A stretch of DNA of 64,000 nucleotides, from positions 892 through 64,891 of the IMG/VR virus record IMGVR_UViG_2918486186_000008; one strand, written 5' to 3'. Below are positions 56,423 to 64,000 of this stretch, piece by piece; the first letter of the stretch is position 1, and every line of letters begins with the position of its first letter. The notes under the pieces were generated by a model. It was not told the DNA's origin, did not search any database, and was given only the letters and a program-made list of their open reading frames with translations. This stretch comes from a virus. A program made the position numbers and the translations under genes.

Positions 56423-57322
56423 TCAGCGACCCAGCACTCGGTTGATCCTCTGGAGGAGACCTTGGCGCCGGCCCGACCATGCCTGCTCGGACTCCGGAAG
56501 CGGCACGTCCGGCAGGATCGGCGGATCATCCCGGTGCATGGCCTCGGCGATCTCGCCGGGCTTGCGGCCGATCAGGAAGTTGCCGCAGGCGAGCTCGGAC
56601 TGGGCGGCCGGCGGCAGCGCCTTCACGATGTGAGTCCACTCGGGCCCCTGCGGATCGAGCGACACGATCTCGTGGATCTTCATCTTGGCGACGCGCTTAC
56701 GCTCGGTCTCGGGCAGCCGGTAGAGGAGCATCTGGAGGATCCAGCGCACCGTGAATGCCGCCGTCTGGTGATCTCCGGTGAAGGCATCGACGACCTCGAA
56801 GCCCTTGTCCTGAAAGATCGAGGTCAGGCCCTCGCGCGTCGCATTGAAGAAGTGGCTCGGGTAGCCGTGGACCGGCTGGAGGAACGGCCAGTCGATCATG
56901 ACCCAGCCGCCCGGCTTGAGCATCCGGTGCATCTCCTGAATCACCTGCCAGGGCTCGGGGACGTGCTCGAGGACCGCGAAACAACCGATGCCGTAGAGCG
57001 ACTGGTCCTTGATCGGGTAGAAGCCCGTCGGGTCGACGATCAGGTCGGCCGAGTTGGACGGGTAGACCTCGAGGTAGAGGCAGTTGTCGTAGGTCTTCTC
57101 CCGCAGGCCGCAACCGAGATCCAGGAACAGCTCGTCCGGGTGCTGTTGGATCATGTGGTCGAACTGAGCGACGTTCGCGCCAGCGCTCTCGGACTGATAC
57201 TGACTCAGATCGAAGTGCCGATCGCCGGCGATGATCGGGAAGGCGCCACTCGGGTGCTCGTCGAGCGGCGCCTGGAAGATGCGCCGGAACCGCTCGTATT
57301 TCTCGTGCCCATCCATGCTCAC
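56423..57322 (-). CDS. class I SAM-dependent methyltransferase
   Basis: LDLGCG, AVLEHVPEP, RMLKPGG and HGYPSHFF motifs. Confidence 0.88.
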   Translation of the reverse strand: MSMDGHEKYERFRRIFQAPLDEHPSGAFPIIAGDRHFDLSQYQSESAGANVAQFDHMIQQHPDELFLDLGCGLREKTYDNCLYLEVYPSNSADLIVDPTGFYPIKDQSLYGIGCFAVLEHVPEPWQVIQEMHRMLKPGGWVMIDWPFLQPVHGYPSHFFNATREGLTSIFQDKGFEVVDAFTGDHQTAAFTVRWILQMLLYRLPETERKRVAKMKIHEIVSLDPQGPEWTHIVKALPPAAQSELACGNFLIGRKPGEIAEAMHRDDPPILPDVPLPESEQAWSGRRQGLLQRINRVLGR

Positions 57323-58230
57323 CTCCGGCGCAGCCGACTGAGAAGGCTCTGGGGGCGCGGCGTGGGTGCTGCCGGCTCAGGATCCGCGGCGTAGTTCTGG
57401 CGCCAGGGGTCGACGAGCGAGGAGGCATCGAAGGTGCGCGCGGCCTCGGTCCCGCGCCTGATCGCGATGATCGAGGGCCGGGTCGCGGTCACGGTGCCGG
57501 AGGCGTCGTCGTGGTGGTCGGCGTGGGCCAGGGTGTAGTGGACGTCAAAGCCCAGGTTGTCGAAGATCTTGTTGTAGAGCCCGCGCGAGAGGTGCCACCA
57601 GACGTAGTTGATCTGCGGGTTGTCGAGCGGCGTGATCGGCCGCATCGTCAGGTCGTCCAGCGGTGTGACGTCCGTGAAGGGGATGAGCACCGCCTCCCTG
57701 GCGAGCCGGGCCCAGGCGCCGATCGCGTAGACCGGGTCAGACAGGTGCTCGACGATGGCGCCGGCCATCACGACGTCGAACATCTGCTCGGGCCACTCGT
57801 AGAGCTCGGCCATCGGCGCGTAGACGCAGCGCGCCCGGCTGCCGAACTTGTGCCAGGCGTGCCACCAGGAGTTCTTGATGGGCACGAGGTTCTCGCGCTC
57901 CCACATCGCCCGGTAGCCGCGAATGTCCTTGTAGGAGAGGCTATCGGCGAACGGGAAGTGCCGGAACTCGTGGGTCGAGGAGGCGTCGAGGCCTGTGACC
58001 GTCGCGCCTGCCAGCTCGGCGTGGAACGCGAGGTAGCCAGAGGCCGTGCCAACATCAAGCACTGACTTACTTTTTAGGTCATAGCCGCCGATGTATGTGG
58101 CGAAATTATCGATCGTCCAGGAACCTTTGACGCGCTCGAGGCCCGGGAAGACCATCGAGTGATACCAGTAGCACCGGGCGGTCGGGTCAAACGGGCGCGG
58201 TGTCTCATAGCGCGGCACGTCTCCACTCAT
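57319..58230 (-). CDS. class I SAM-dependent methyltransferase
   Basis: VLDVGTASGYLAF, TGLD and FDVVMAGAIVEHLSDP motifs. Confidence 0.88.
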   Translation of the reverse strand: MSGDVPRYETPRPFDPTARCYWYHSMVFPGLERVKGSWTIDNFATYIGGYDLKSKSVLDVGTASGYLAFHAELAGATVTGLDASSTHEFRHFPFADSLSYKDIRGYRAMWERENLVPIKNSWWHAWHKFGSRARCVYAPMAELYEWPEQMFDVVMAGAIVEHLSDPVYAIGAWARLAREAVLIPFTDVTPLDDLTMRPITPLDNPQINYVWWHLSRGLYNKIFDNLGFDVHYTLAHADHHDDASGTVTATRPSIIAIRRGTEAARTFDASSLVDPWRQNYAADPEPAAPTPRPQSLLSRLRRR

Positions 58231-58539
58231 GGTTTAATCCTCCTGCCTGCGTTTTGTCTGCAAACAAGTAGATAAAACGTAAAAAAATTATTGTCTCGCC
58301 TCAACCGATAGGTGTGCTAGGGCATCGCTCGGTATAAAATGAAACACCACAACTAAATTTGGCGTATTTCCTGGGATGTTGGAAAATCGATCAAGATTTT
58401 GGAATTTTCTCCCGGAAGTTGCAAAAAGGGGCGACCCCAGGAGAGGCCGCCCCGCACACACACAGAAAGGAAACCCGAACACGTCGGTCCCACCCGACGG
58501 TTCTACGGGTCTCCTAACGGTAAGTCAACGCTGACTTGC

Positions 58540-59115
58540 CTATTTCTCGAGGAGGCGGTTGCCCTTCCTCCTGTTCGCGTCGCGGGTCTTCACCTGGAGG
58601 TTCCAGGGGACGTGGAGCCCGCAGAGCAGCTCGTGCTGGAGCGGCTCGATGTGGTCGACTTCGTGCGGGATCCCCGTCACGTCGGTCATGCGCCGGGCCT
58701 CGGCGTAGACGGCCTCGATCGCCTTGCGGTCGGCCCAGGGCGGGGTGGCCTGCTTGATGGCGTCCCAGCGCCAGATGGACTTGGCGGCGTAGTAGCCCGG
58801 GTTGTTGCGGTAGGTCTGCTGAGCGTAGCGCTTGCGCCGCTCCGGGTCAGCCTTCTGCACCGCGATGGCCTGGGCGATCCGCTCCTCGCGGTTCTCCCGG
58901 TAGCGCGCCTTGCACCCGGCCTTGTGTGCCTCGGGATCAGCCTGGTGCCGAGCCTTCGCCTTCGCGATCCTGGCCGCCCTGTTCTTCTGGTAGTTGGTCC
59001 GGTTTTTCTCGCGCACACAGGATGCGCACCAGTGCCCGAAGCCGTCCTTGGTGGACTTGTCCGAGTTGAACTCGGACAATGGCTTCGAGCACTGGCACTT
59101 CGAGCAGTGTTTCAT
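58540..59115 (-). CDS. HNH homing endonuclease with an N-terminal zinc finger
   Basis: CSKC...WCASC; ATPPWAD; HEVDHIEPL..GLHVPWNLQV..AN..KGN; flanked by operators at 58522 and 59127. Confidence 0.9.
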   Translation of the reverse strand: MKHCSKCQCSKPLSEFNSDKSTKDGFGHWCASCVREKNRTNYQKNRAARIAKAKARHQADPEAHKAGCKARYRENREERIAQAIAVQKADPERRKRYAQQTYRNNPGYYAAKSIWRWDAIKQATPPWADRKAIEAVYAEARRMTDVTGIPHEVDHIEPLQHELLCGLHVPWNLQVKTRDANRRKGNRLLEK

Positions 59116-59146
59116 CCTGTCTTCGTAGGTCAGTGCTGACTTACCG

Positions 59147-60505
59147 TCAAGCGGCGACCTTCAGAGCCGAGTCCTTATCGTCCCGGAACCTTACGAAGCG
59201 GGGATGACGAAGCGATCCATCCGGTGTCACCTCGTGATACTCCACCTCGATCAGCCGCCCGATGTAGCTGTCCGGGTCCTTGTCGATCGTCTCCAGCAGC
59301 TCGTGCGAGAAACCGCCGCCCACGCTGACGCTGACCCCGGCCCGGTCGACCACGAAGCCCGCGAACTTCCCTTCCAGGCGGGTGCCGGCCTTCCCGGTGT
59401 AGTGGCCGGTGATCCGGAGATCCTCCGTTTCCTGCCCCTTGATCTTCATCCAGAGGTGGCCCTTCTTCTTCACGTAGTGGCCGTCCCAGGGCTTCACCAT
59501 CGCACCCTCAAGGCCGTTGGCCCGGTGCTCGGCGTAGATGGCCTGGATCTCCTCGTGGGAGTTCGCCTCGCGTAGGTCTGTCACCTGGATCGGGGCGCCC
59601 TCGGGCGCGCAGCGCACCACGAACTCCAGCACCTTGCGCCGGATCTTGAGCGGGACCTTCCACTCGATCTGGCCGGTGTCGCGCATGATGGCGTAGGGCA
59701 CGATGTCGAACACGTTCAGGATCGTATCGGTCGCCTCCTCGTCCTTGCGGCGCAGATCGCCCGAGGTCGTCTTGTAGGAGCCGGACACCGCCTCGCCGTC
59801 GATCGCCGCCGACGGACCAGCGTCGCCGCCCAGGACGTCCCAGATGAAGCGGCGCACCTTGTCGGTCATCCCCGGGCAGCTCTCGGCGTTCTGGACCTTG
59901 GCCCGGGCGTTCTCGACCATCTGGACCAGGTAGGGGCCGGCCCAGTCGAGCTGCGGGAAGTGGTTGCCCACGCGCGAGAACGCCTTCGAGACCCCGGCCG
60001 AGACCAGGCTCATGCCCCGGAAGCCGTCGAGCTTGGGCTCGATCGGGACCGGGAACGTCTTGATGCGCTTCTCCTCGTAGGCCTTGGACAGCATCAGGTC
60101 GAAGGTCGGCACCGTATTCGGCAAGACCAGGTTGATGGTCTTCTCGGAGATGCCGCAGCGCAGGTCCTTGGCCAGGATCCGGCGCAGGACCTCGCAGGAG
60201 GCCGGCTCCAGGTCGACGAGCATGCGCTCGACCGCGACCTTGGCGGCGTTGCCGGTCAGCTCGCGCTTGGAAAGCTGGTGCAGCATCACCCAGGGCTGCG
60301 GGCTGGTGTGGTCGAAGCTGAGCCGGCCGGCGCCCTTCACCTGGGGCGGCGTGATGCCGAAGGTGATGAACGGGTCGTAGGCGAGCTGCACGACGCGCTG
60401 GACGGTCGGGTCCTCGATCTTGGACCGGAGCAGGTCCTCCTTCGCGTTGCGCGAGGTGGTGGCGCCGATCTCCTGGAGGAGGCGGTAGACGTCGATCGAG
60501 TTCAC
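59147..60505 (-). CDS. ATP-dependent DNA ligase
   Basis: EPKLDGFRG (KxDG), IDGEA, EGAMVK, KIK and SLRHPRFVRFRDDK motifs. Confidence 0.93.
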   Translation of the reverse strand: MNSIDVYRLLQEIGATTSRNAKEDLLRSKIEDPTVQRVVQLAYDPFITFGITPPQVKGAGRLSFDHTSPQPWVMLHQLSKRELTGNAAKVAVERMLVDLEPASCEVLRRILAKDLRCGISEKTINLVLPNTVPTFDLMLSKAYEEKRIKTFPVPIEPKLDGFRGMSLVSAGVSKAFSRVGNHFPQLDWAGPYLVQMVENARAKVQNAESCPGMTDKVRRFIWDVLGGDAGPSAAIDGEAVSGSYKTTSGDLRRKDEEATDTILNVFDIVPYAIMRDTGQIEWKVPLKIRRKVLEFVVRCAPEGAPIQVTDLREANSHEEIQAIYAEHRANGLEGAMVKPWDGHYVKKKGHLWMKIKGQETEDLRITGHYTGKAGTRLEGKFAGFVVDRAGVSVSVGGGFSHELLETIDKDPDSYIGRLIEVEYHEVTPDGSLRHPRFVRFRDDKDSALKVAA

Positions 60506-61206
60506 GCGGCCTGGTCCTTCTGTGCTGCGGCCCGGGCGCGGGCCATCTCGAGGAGCGACATGCCCTTGCCGGCCGGAGCCGGTGCGGGCTTCGGGGTGGG
60601 CTTGGGCTGCGCAGGGGCGGCCGCAGGCGGCTTCGGTGCCGGTGCGACAGCCTTGGGCGCGGGCGCGGGAGCTGGCGCCTCGCTGGCCCTGGCGACGGCG
60701 CGGGTCACGGCAGCCGACAGGTCGCCCGACAGCGCGGCCGCCTTCAGCCCGTCGTCAGCGGCCGGCGCCGACTCCTCGCGCTTCACCGCGGCGAGCTTCA
60801 CGCCCGCGGTCTTCTTGGCCGCCCGGGGCTTGCCGGCACTGGCCGCCTCGTTCGCCGCCCGGATCGCATCGGCTTCGGCGCCCTCGACCGCGTAGCGGTT
60901 GACCGCGTCGTCGCGCACCAGGATCGGGCGCACCGCCTCGAGGATCTCACCCTTGAGCGGGAGCACCTTCGGCTCGGCCGAGAAGTAGGGATCCTCGCCC
61001 GTGCGGATGATCGCCCGGTTGATCCAGTAGACCGGGCACTTCGAGGACATCAGGCAGGCCTGGCAGCCGCGCCGCTCGTCGGGCTTGCGGCCGCGAGCCA
61101 CCTGCTGCTCGAGCTCCAGGCAGTCGGCGAGCCGCGTCTCGGCCCCGAAGATCGGGCAGACGATCAGGGCCTCGTTCTTCGGCGAGTAGGTCTTGATGAG
61201 CGTCAT
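60502..61206 (-). CDS. hypothetical protein, Cys-rich N-terminus and Pro/Ala-rich tail
   Basis: VCPIFG...DC...RGCQACLMSSKCP. Confidence 0.65.
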   Translation of the reverse strand: MTLIKTYSPKNEALIVCPIFGAETRLADCLELEQQVARGRKPDERRGCQACLMSSKCPVYWINRAIIRTGEDPYFSAEPKVLPLKGEILEAVRPILVRDDAVNRYAVEGAEADAIRAANEAASAGKPRAAKKTAGVKLAAVKREESAPAADDGLKAAALSGDLSAAVTRAVARASEAPAPAPAPKAVAPAPKPPAAAPAQPKPTPKPAPAPAGKGMSLLEMARARAAAQKDQAA

Positions 61207-61728
61207 CTACCAGGTCCCCCAGTTCTCGTTGTGGGCGACCTCGTCGGCGACGGACGGCCCGGCCGGCTCCACGAAGTCGGTGAACTTGTGCCGGGGCTGG
61301 TAGCCCTTGCGGACGATCTTCCCGTCGCGGTCGAACTCGGGTTGCGGATCGGGAGTGCGCACGCCGGTCGTGTCGGCGCCGGGCGCGATGTGCTCGAGGT
61401 TGTCCGGGCCGAGCTTGGACAGGTAGAGGATGCCGAGCTTCTTGCGGAAATCGGCCTCGTCATCGCACTGCACGATGGTGTCCCGGGCCGGGTCGTGCTC
61501 GTAGCCGTTCCGCTTCTTGTCGCGGTCCTTGCTCTCAAACTCAGCGACGGCCGCGTCAGAGTGGTGGAACGCATCCACCCGCATCTGGCCTTCGGCGTTC
61601 TTCTTGCCCCAGCGCTGGATGACGATCGCGCGGCCCTCGCCGTTCACGATCAGCACTTGGTGATATTCCTTGGTGCCCTGTCGATGCAGCATCGACTTCT
61701 TGCGCAGGGCGATCGGGTAGACCGGCAT
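61207..61728 (-). CDS. WGR-like domain protein
   Basis: YHQVLI...IQRWGKKNAEGQ...A..EF..K..DK.RNGY; promoter 61772-61793 and operator 61797-61812. Confidence 0.6.
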   Translation of the reverse strand: MPVYPIALRKKSMLHRQGTKEYHQVLIVNGEGRAIVIQRWGKKNAEGQMRVDAFHHSDAAVAEFESKDRDKKRNGYEHDPARDTIVQCDDEADFRKKLGILYLSKLGPDNLEHIAPGADTTGVRTPDPQPEFDRDGKIVRKGYQPRHKFTDFVEPAGPSVADEVAHNENWGTW

Positions 61729-61818
61729 GGCTCCTCTCTGCTGTGCGTGTGTCTGTGTCTCGCTCGCTGACTATAGCGAGCGTGCGTCGGTGTTTCGTGT
61801 CACCACTGACTTATTGCG

Positions 61819-62952
61819 TCAGGCAGTGAGCGGCGCCTTCGCCCGGCGCAGCGCCGTGTAGGGGTTGCGCAGGCGCCATTCGACGGCCAGCCGCGGGCTG
61901 TATTCCTGGGCCTGCCAGAGCGCCTTGCGCACGACCTCGGGCTTGGCCTCGTTCGGGTCCTGGTCGAGCGGCAGCAGGGCGATGCGGGCCTTCAGCCCGA
62001 TCTTGCGGATCGACTCGGCCGCCTTCACCGCGGCGGCGAGCGCGTCGGGCGTCCCGTCCCAGCAGATGATGACCTCCTGGAGCCCGTAGCCCTTGAGCAC
62101 GAGGAGCTGACCGAGCTGGTCGCGGCCCTCGAGATCGCCGGTCGACAGGTGCTTGCCGAAGGAGCCGACCGGGACGATGTCGCGCAGCTCGCTCTCACCG
62201 TCGATCGCCGCCTTGAGCGAGAACACGTCGAAGGCGCCCTCCCCCATCGCGATCCGGCGCGCCCGCACGGCGTTGTGGCCGTTGTAGAGGAAGCGACCGG
62301 TGCCGGGCAGCGCGGGCGGGAACAGGTATTTCGCGTCCTGGTCGCCGATGATGTCCCGGCCCTGGAAGGTCACGAGCTTGCCGTCGAGGTCGTAGACCGG
62401 GATCAGCAGCCGCTGCTCCCACTTCTGGCCGCCCCGGCTGCCGTCGTCCTTCGTCCAGTTCCACCAGCCGCTGTCGCAGTAGCGCAGCCGGAAGTAGGCC
62501 GCGAGCTCCACGCCGATCCCGCGGCTCTCGAGGTATTTCAGGTTCTGGCCGTCAGCCGTCGGCAGCGCGAAGCTGTCGGGGAGCTTGATCTCGTCGGGCA
62601 CCTCGACGGCGGCCGTGATCGTGCGCTTCGGGCGCCAGCCCTGCTCCACGCAGGCCGCCTTGACGTGCTTGAGGGTCTCGCCCCACTTCTTCGCGTCCTT
62701 GTCGCCGTGCAGGAAGGCGTTGACGAAGGACAGCTTGTTGAAGCGGGTCTCGCACACGAAGCAGTTGCCGATCCCGGACTCGGCGTTGAGGTAGACCCGG
62801 TAGCGCCCGTCCCGGCAGTGGTCCTGCGGGCAGTCCTTCACGTTGATCTGCATGCCCGACGAGCCGCGCGTGGGCCCCTTGTAGGCCAGGCCCTCGCGGT
62901 CGAACCACTGCTCCAGGTCGAGCTCCTCGGACAGCTCCTGAAAATCGCTCAC
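61819..62952 (-). CDS. DNA primase (zinc finger + TOPRIM)
   Basis: CPQDHC...NCFVC; LKYLESRGI; FQGRDI; GEGAFD; ICWDG; DPNE; GTG start. Confidence 0.88.
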   Translation of the reverse strand: MSDFQELSEELDLEQWFDREGLAYKGPTRGSSGMQINVKDCPQDHCRDGRYRVYLNAESGIGNCFVCETRFNKLSFVNAFLHGDKDAKKWGETLKHVKAACVEQGWRPKRTITAAVEVPDEIKLPDSFALPTADGQNLKYLESRGIGVELAAYFRLRYCDSGWWNWTKDDGSRGGQKWEQRLLIPVYDLDGKLVTFQGRDIIGDQDAKYLFPPALPGTGRFLYNGHNAVRARRIAMGEGAFDVFSLKAAIDGESELRDIVPVGSFGKHLSTGDLEGRDQLGQLLVLKGYGLQEVIICWDGTPDALAAAVKAAESIRKIGLKARIALLPLDQDPNEAKPEVVRKALWQAQEYSPRLAVEWRLRNPYTALRRAKAPLTA

Positions 62953-63170
62953 GGGCGCCTCCAGCCGAGGGACTCGAGGGTCTCGCGCACGGTCCGGGCC
63001 TGCTCGAGGAAGCGCCGGCCCGTGACCTTCGGATCCTCGAGCACGCAGTCCCACTGGAAGTTGGCGTTGCGCGCCAGCACGCGCGCCGCGCCGATGTCCT
63101 CGTCGGTGAACCCGTCGAGCTGCTGCTCCAGCGGGTAGCCCATGCAGTCCTTGCCCGAGCGGTCGATCAT
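62949..63170 (-). CDS. hypothetical protein
   Basis: 73-aa coupled ORF. Confidence 0.55.
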   Translation of the reverse strand: MIDRSGKDCMGYPLEQQLDGFTDEDIGAARVLARNANFQWDCVLEDPKVTGRRFLEQARTVRETLESLGWRRP

Positions 63171-63361
63171 GCGGTGCCTCGGATCTCGCCGCGCGTGGCC
63201 GCCTGGATCGCGTGCGCGTCGCTGCCGGAGGCCAGGATCCAGGCCCGGATGAAGGAGCTGGCCCAGATGTCGGCCGGGTAGCGGACCTCGACCTCGAGCA
63301 CCTGGATCGGCGGCAGCCAGAACCGGCGCCGCTCGACGAACCTGAAACGACCCGTCCTCAT
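63167..63361 (-). CDS. hypothetical protein
   Basis: MRTGRFRF... coupled to its neighbours. Confidence 0.45.
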   Translation of the reverse strand: MRTGRFRFVERRRFWLPPIQVLEVEVRYPADIWASSFIRAWILASGSDAHAIQAATRGEIRGTA

Positions 63362-63672
63362 GCCGCCCTCCTCTCGTCCTCGTCGTTGAGCTCGATCGCC
63401 ACGCAGCGCGGCTCCATCACCACCTCGACGGCGTAGCGGCCGGCGATCCGGGCCGGCGCCAGGATCTCGACCACGTAGTCGAAGGCGTCCCAGCTCTCGG
63501 GATCGTTCTCGACGTTGGCCTCGATCAGCATCTCGGCGACGTCGGACCCGCGCACGAACTCGGGCAGATCCACCTCGGCCTGGCTCTCGTAGGGCTCGGG
63601 CGGCTGGTAGCGCCGGTCCATCTTGATCTTCTGGCGCGGGCATTCGCGCCAGAGCACGGTGATCTTGGCCAT
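63358..63672 (-). CDS. hypothetical protein
   Basis: 104-aa ORF coupled to the helicase stop. Confidence 0.6.
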   Translation of the reverse strand: MAKITVLWRECPRQKIKMDRRYQPPEPYESQAEVDLPEFVRGSDVAEMLIEANVENDPESWDAFDYVVEILAPARIAGRYAVEVVMEPRCVAIELNDEDERRAA

Positions 63673-64000
63673 CAGCGGCTCACCCCCAGGACCTTCGAGA
63701 GGAACTTCATGCGGGCCCGGTCCTGCTGGATGCGGATCACGACGCCCTCTTCGCCGTTGCGGTGCGCGACGAACTCGATGCGGGCTTCCGAGACCTGCTT
63801 CTCCTCGGACGTCGCCGAGATCGCGATCACCACGTCGGCGATGCGGATCTTGTTGAAGTCCTCGGCCACGTCGGTCGCCTTGACGCTGGTCGCCTTGGCG
63901 CCGTCGCGGTTCGTCTGCGTGGCCGTGAGCACCGCGGCGTTCTGCTCGAAGGCGATCGCGCGCAGATCGACCCAGATCGACTTGCTCTCCTGGATCGGAT
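63672..64000 (-). CDS. DnaB-like replicative helicase, C-terminal part (5' end beyond the window)
   Basis: IWVDLRAIAFEQNAAVLTATQTNRDG...AEDFNKIRIADVVI...RN. Confidence 0.85.
   Translation of the reverse strand, partial: PIQESKSIWVDLRAIAFEQNAAVLTATQTNRDGAKATSVKATDVAEDFNKIRIADVVIAISATSEEKQVSEARIEFVAHRNGEEGVVIRIQQDRARMKFLSKVLGVSR

Noticed and set aside
1-64000. tRNA/rRNA genes and virion structural genes
   Set aside because: No T-loop/anticodon cloverleaf, rRNA, terminase, portal or capsid motifs were recognised by eye; a tRNAscan-SE run would be needed to exclude tRNAs formally.

Overview
This window is a GC-rich (about 68-70% by eye) segment of a large alphaproteobacterial phage-plasmid (plasmid-prophage). 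Methylobacterium-like host and relatedness to the SSU5/pHCM2 and RHEph10 types are inferences from gene content, RepC and the IS type. Almost all genes lie on the minus strand. They form a replication, recombination and nucleotide-metabolism arm: DnaB-like helicase (partial), primase, ATP-dependent ligase, DnaE with a UDG-like tail, gp32-like SSB, UvsY-like mediator, RecA, 5'-3' exonuclease, SbcCD, RuvC, class II RNR, ThyX, dUTPase, kinase, DEDDh exonuclease, CobS/CobT-like AAA+/VWA pair, a sigma-like factor and an XRE repressor. The window also holds a RepC replicon with a ctRNA, four free-standing HNH homing endonucleases, several low-GC inserted modules (Phd-PemK TA, DUF5131+TcmP, AIPR, lipoprotein, Cys-rich peptide) and a left arm of small exported proteins. 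No virion structural genes, tRNA, rRNA or CRISPR were recognised. The most unusual signals are non-coding. (1) About 25 copies of a palindrome (T)AAGTCAG-NN-CTGACTT(A). (2) About 15 copies of a bipartite promoter AACCCGA-N8-CGCTATA. (3) About 17 arrays with strict 8-bp periodicity. (4) Patches almost free of GG/CC dinucleotides at promoters and, at about 155 bp, inside sbcC and dnaE. (5) A structured RNA candidate of about 355 nt next to dnaE. All counts were made by eye.
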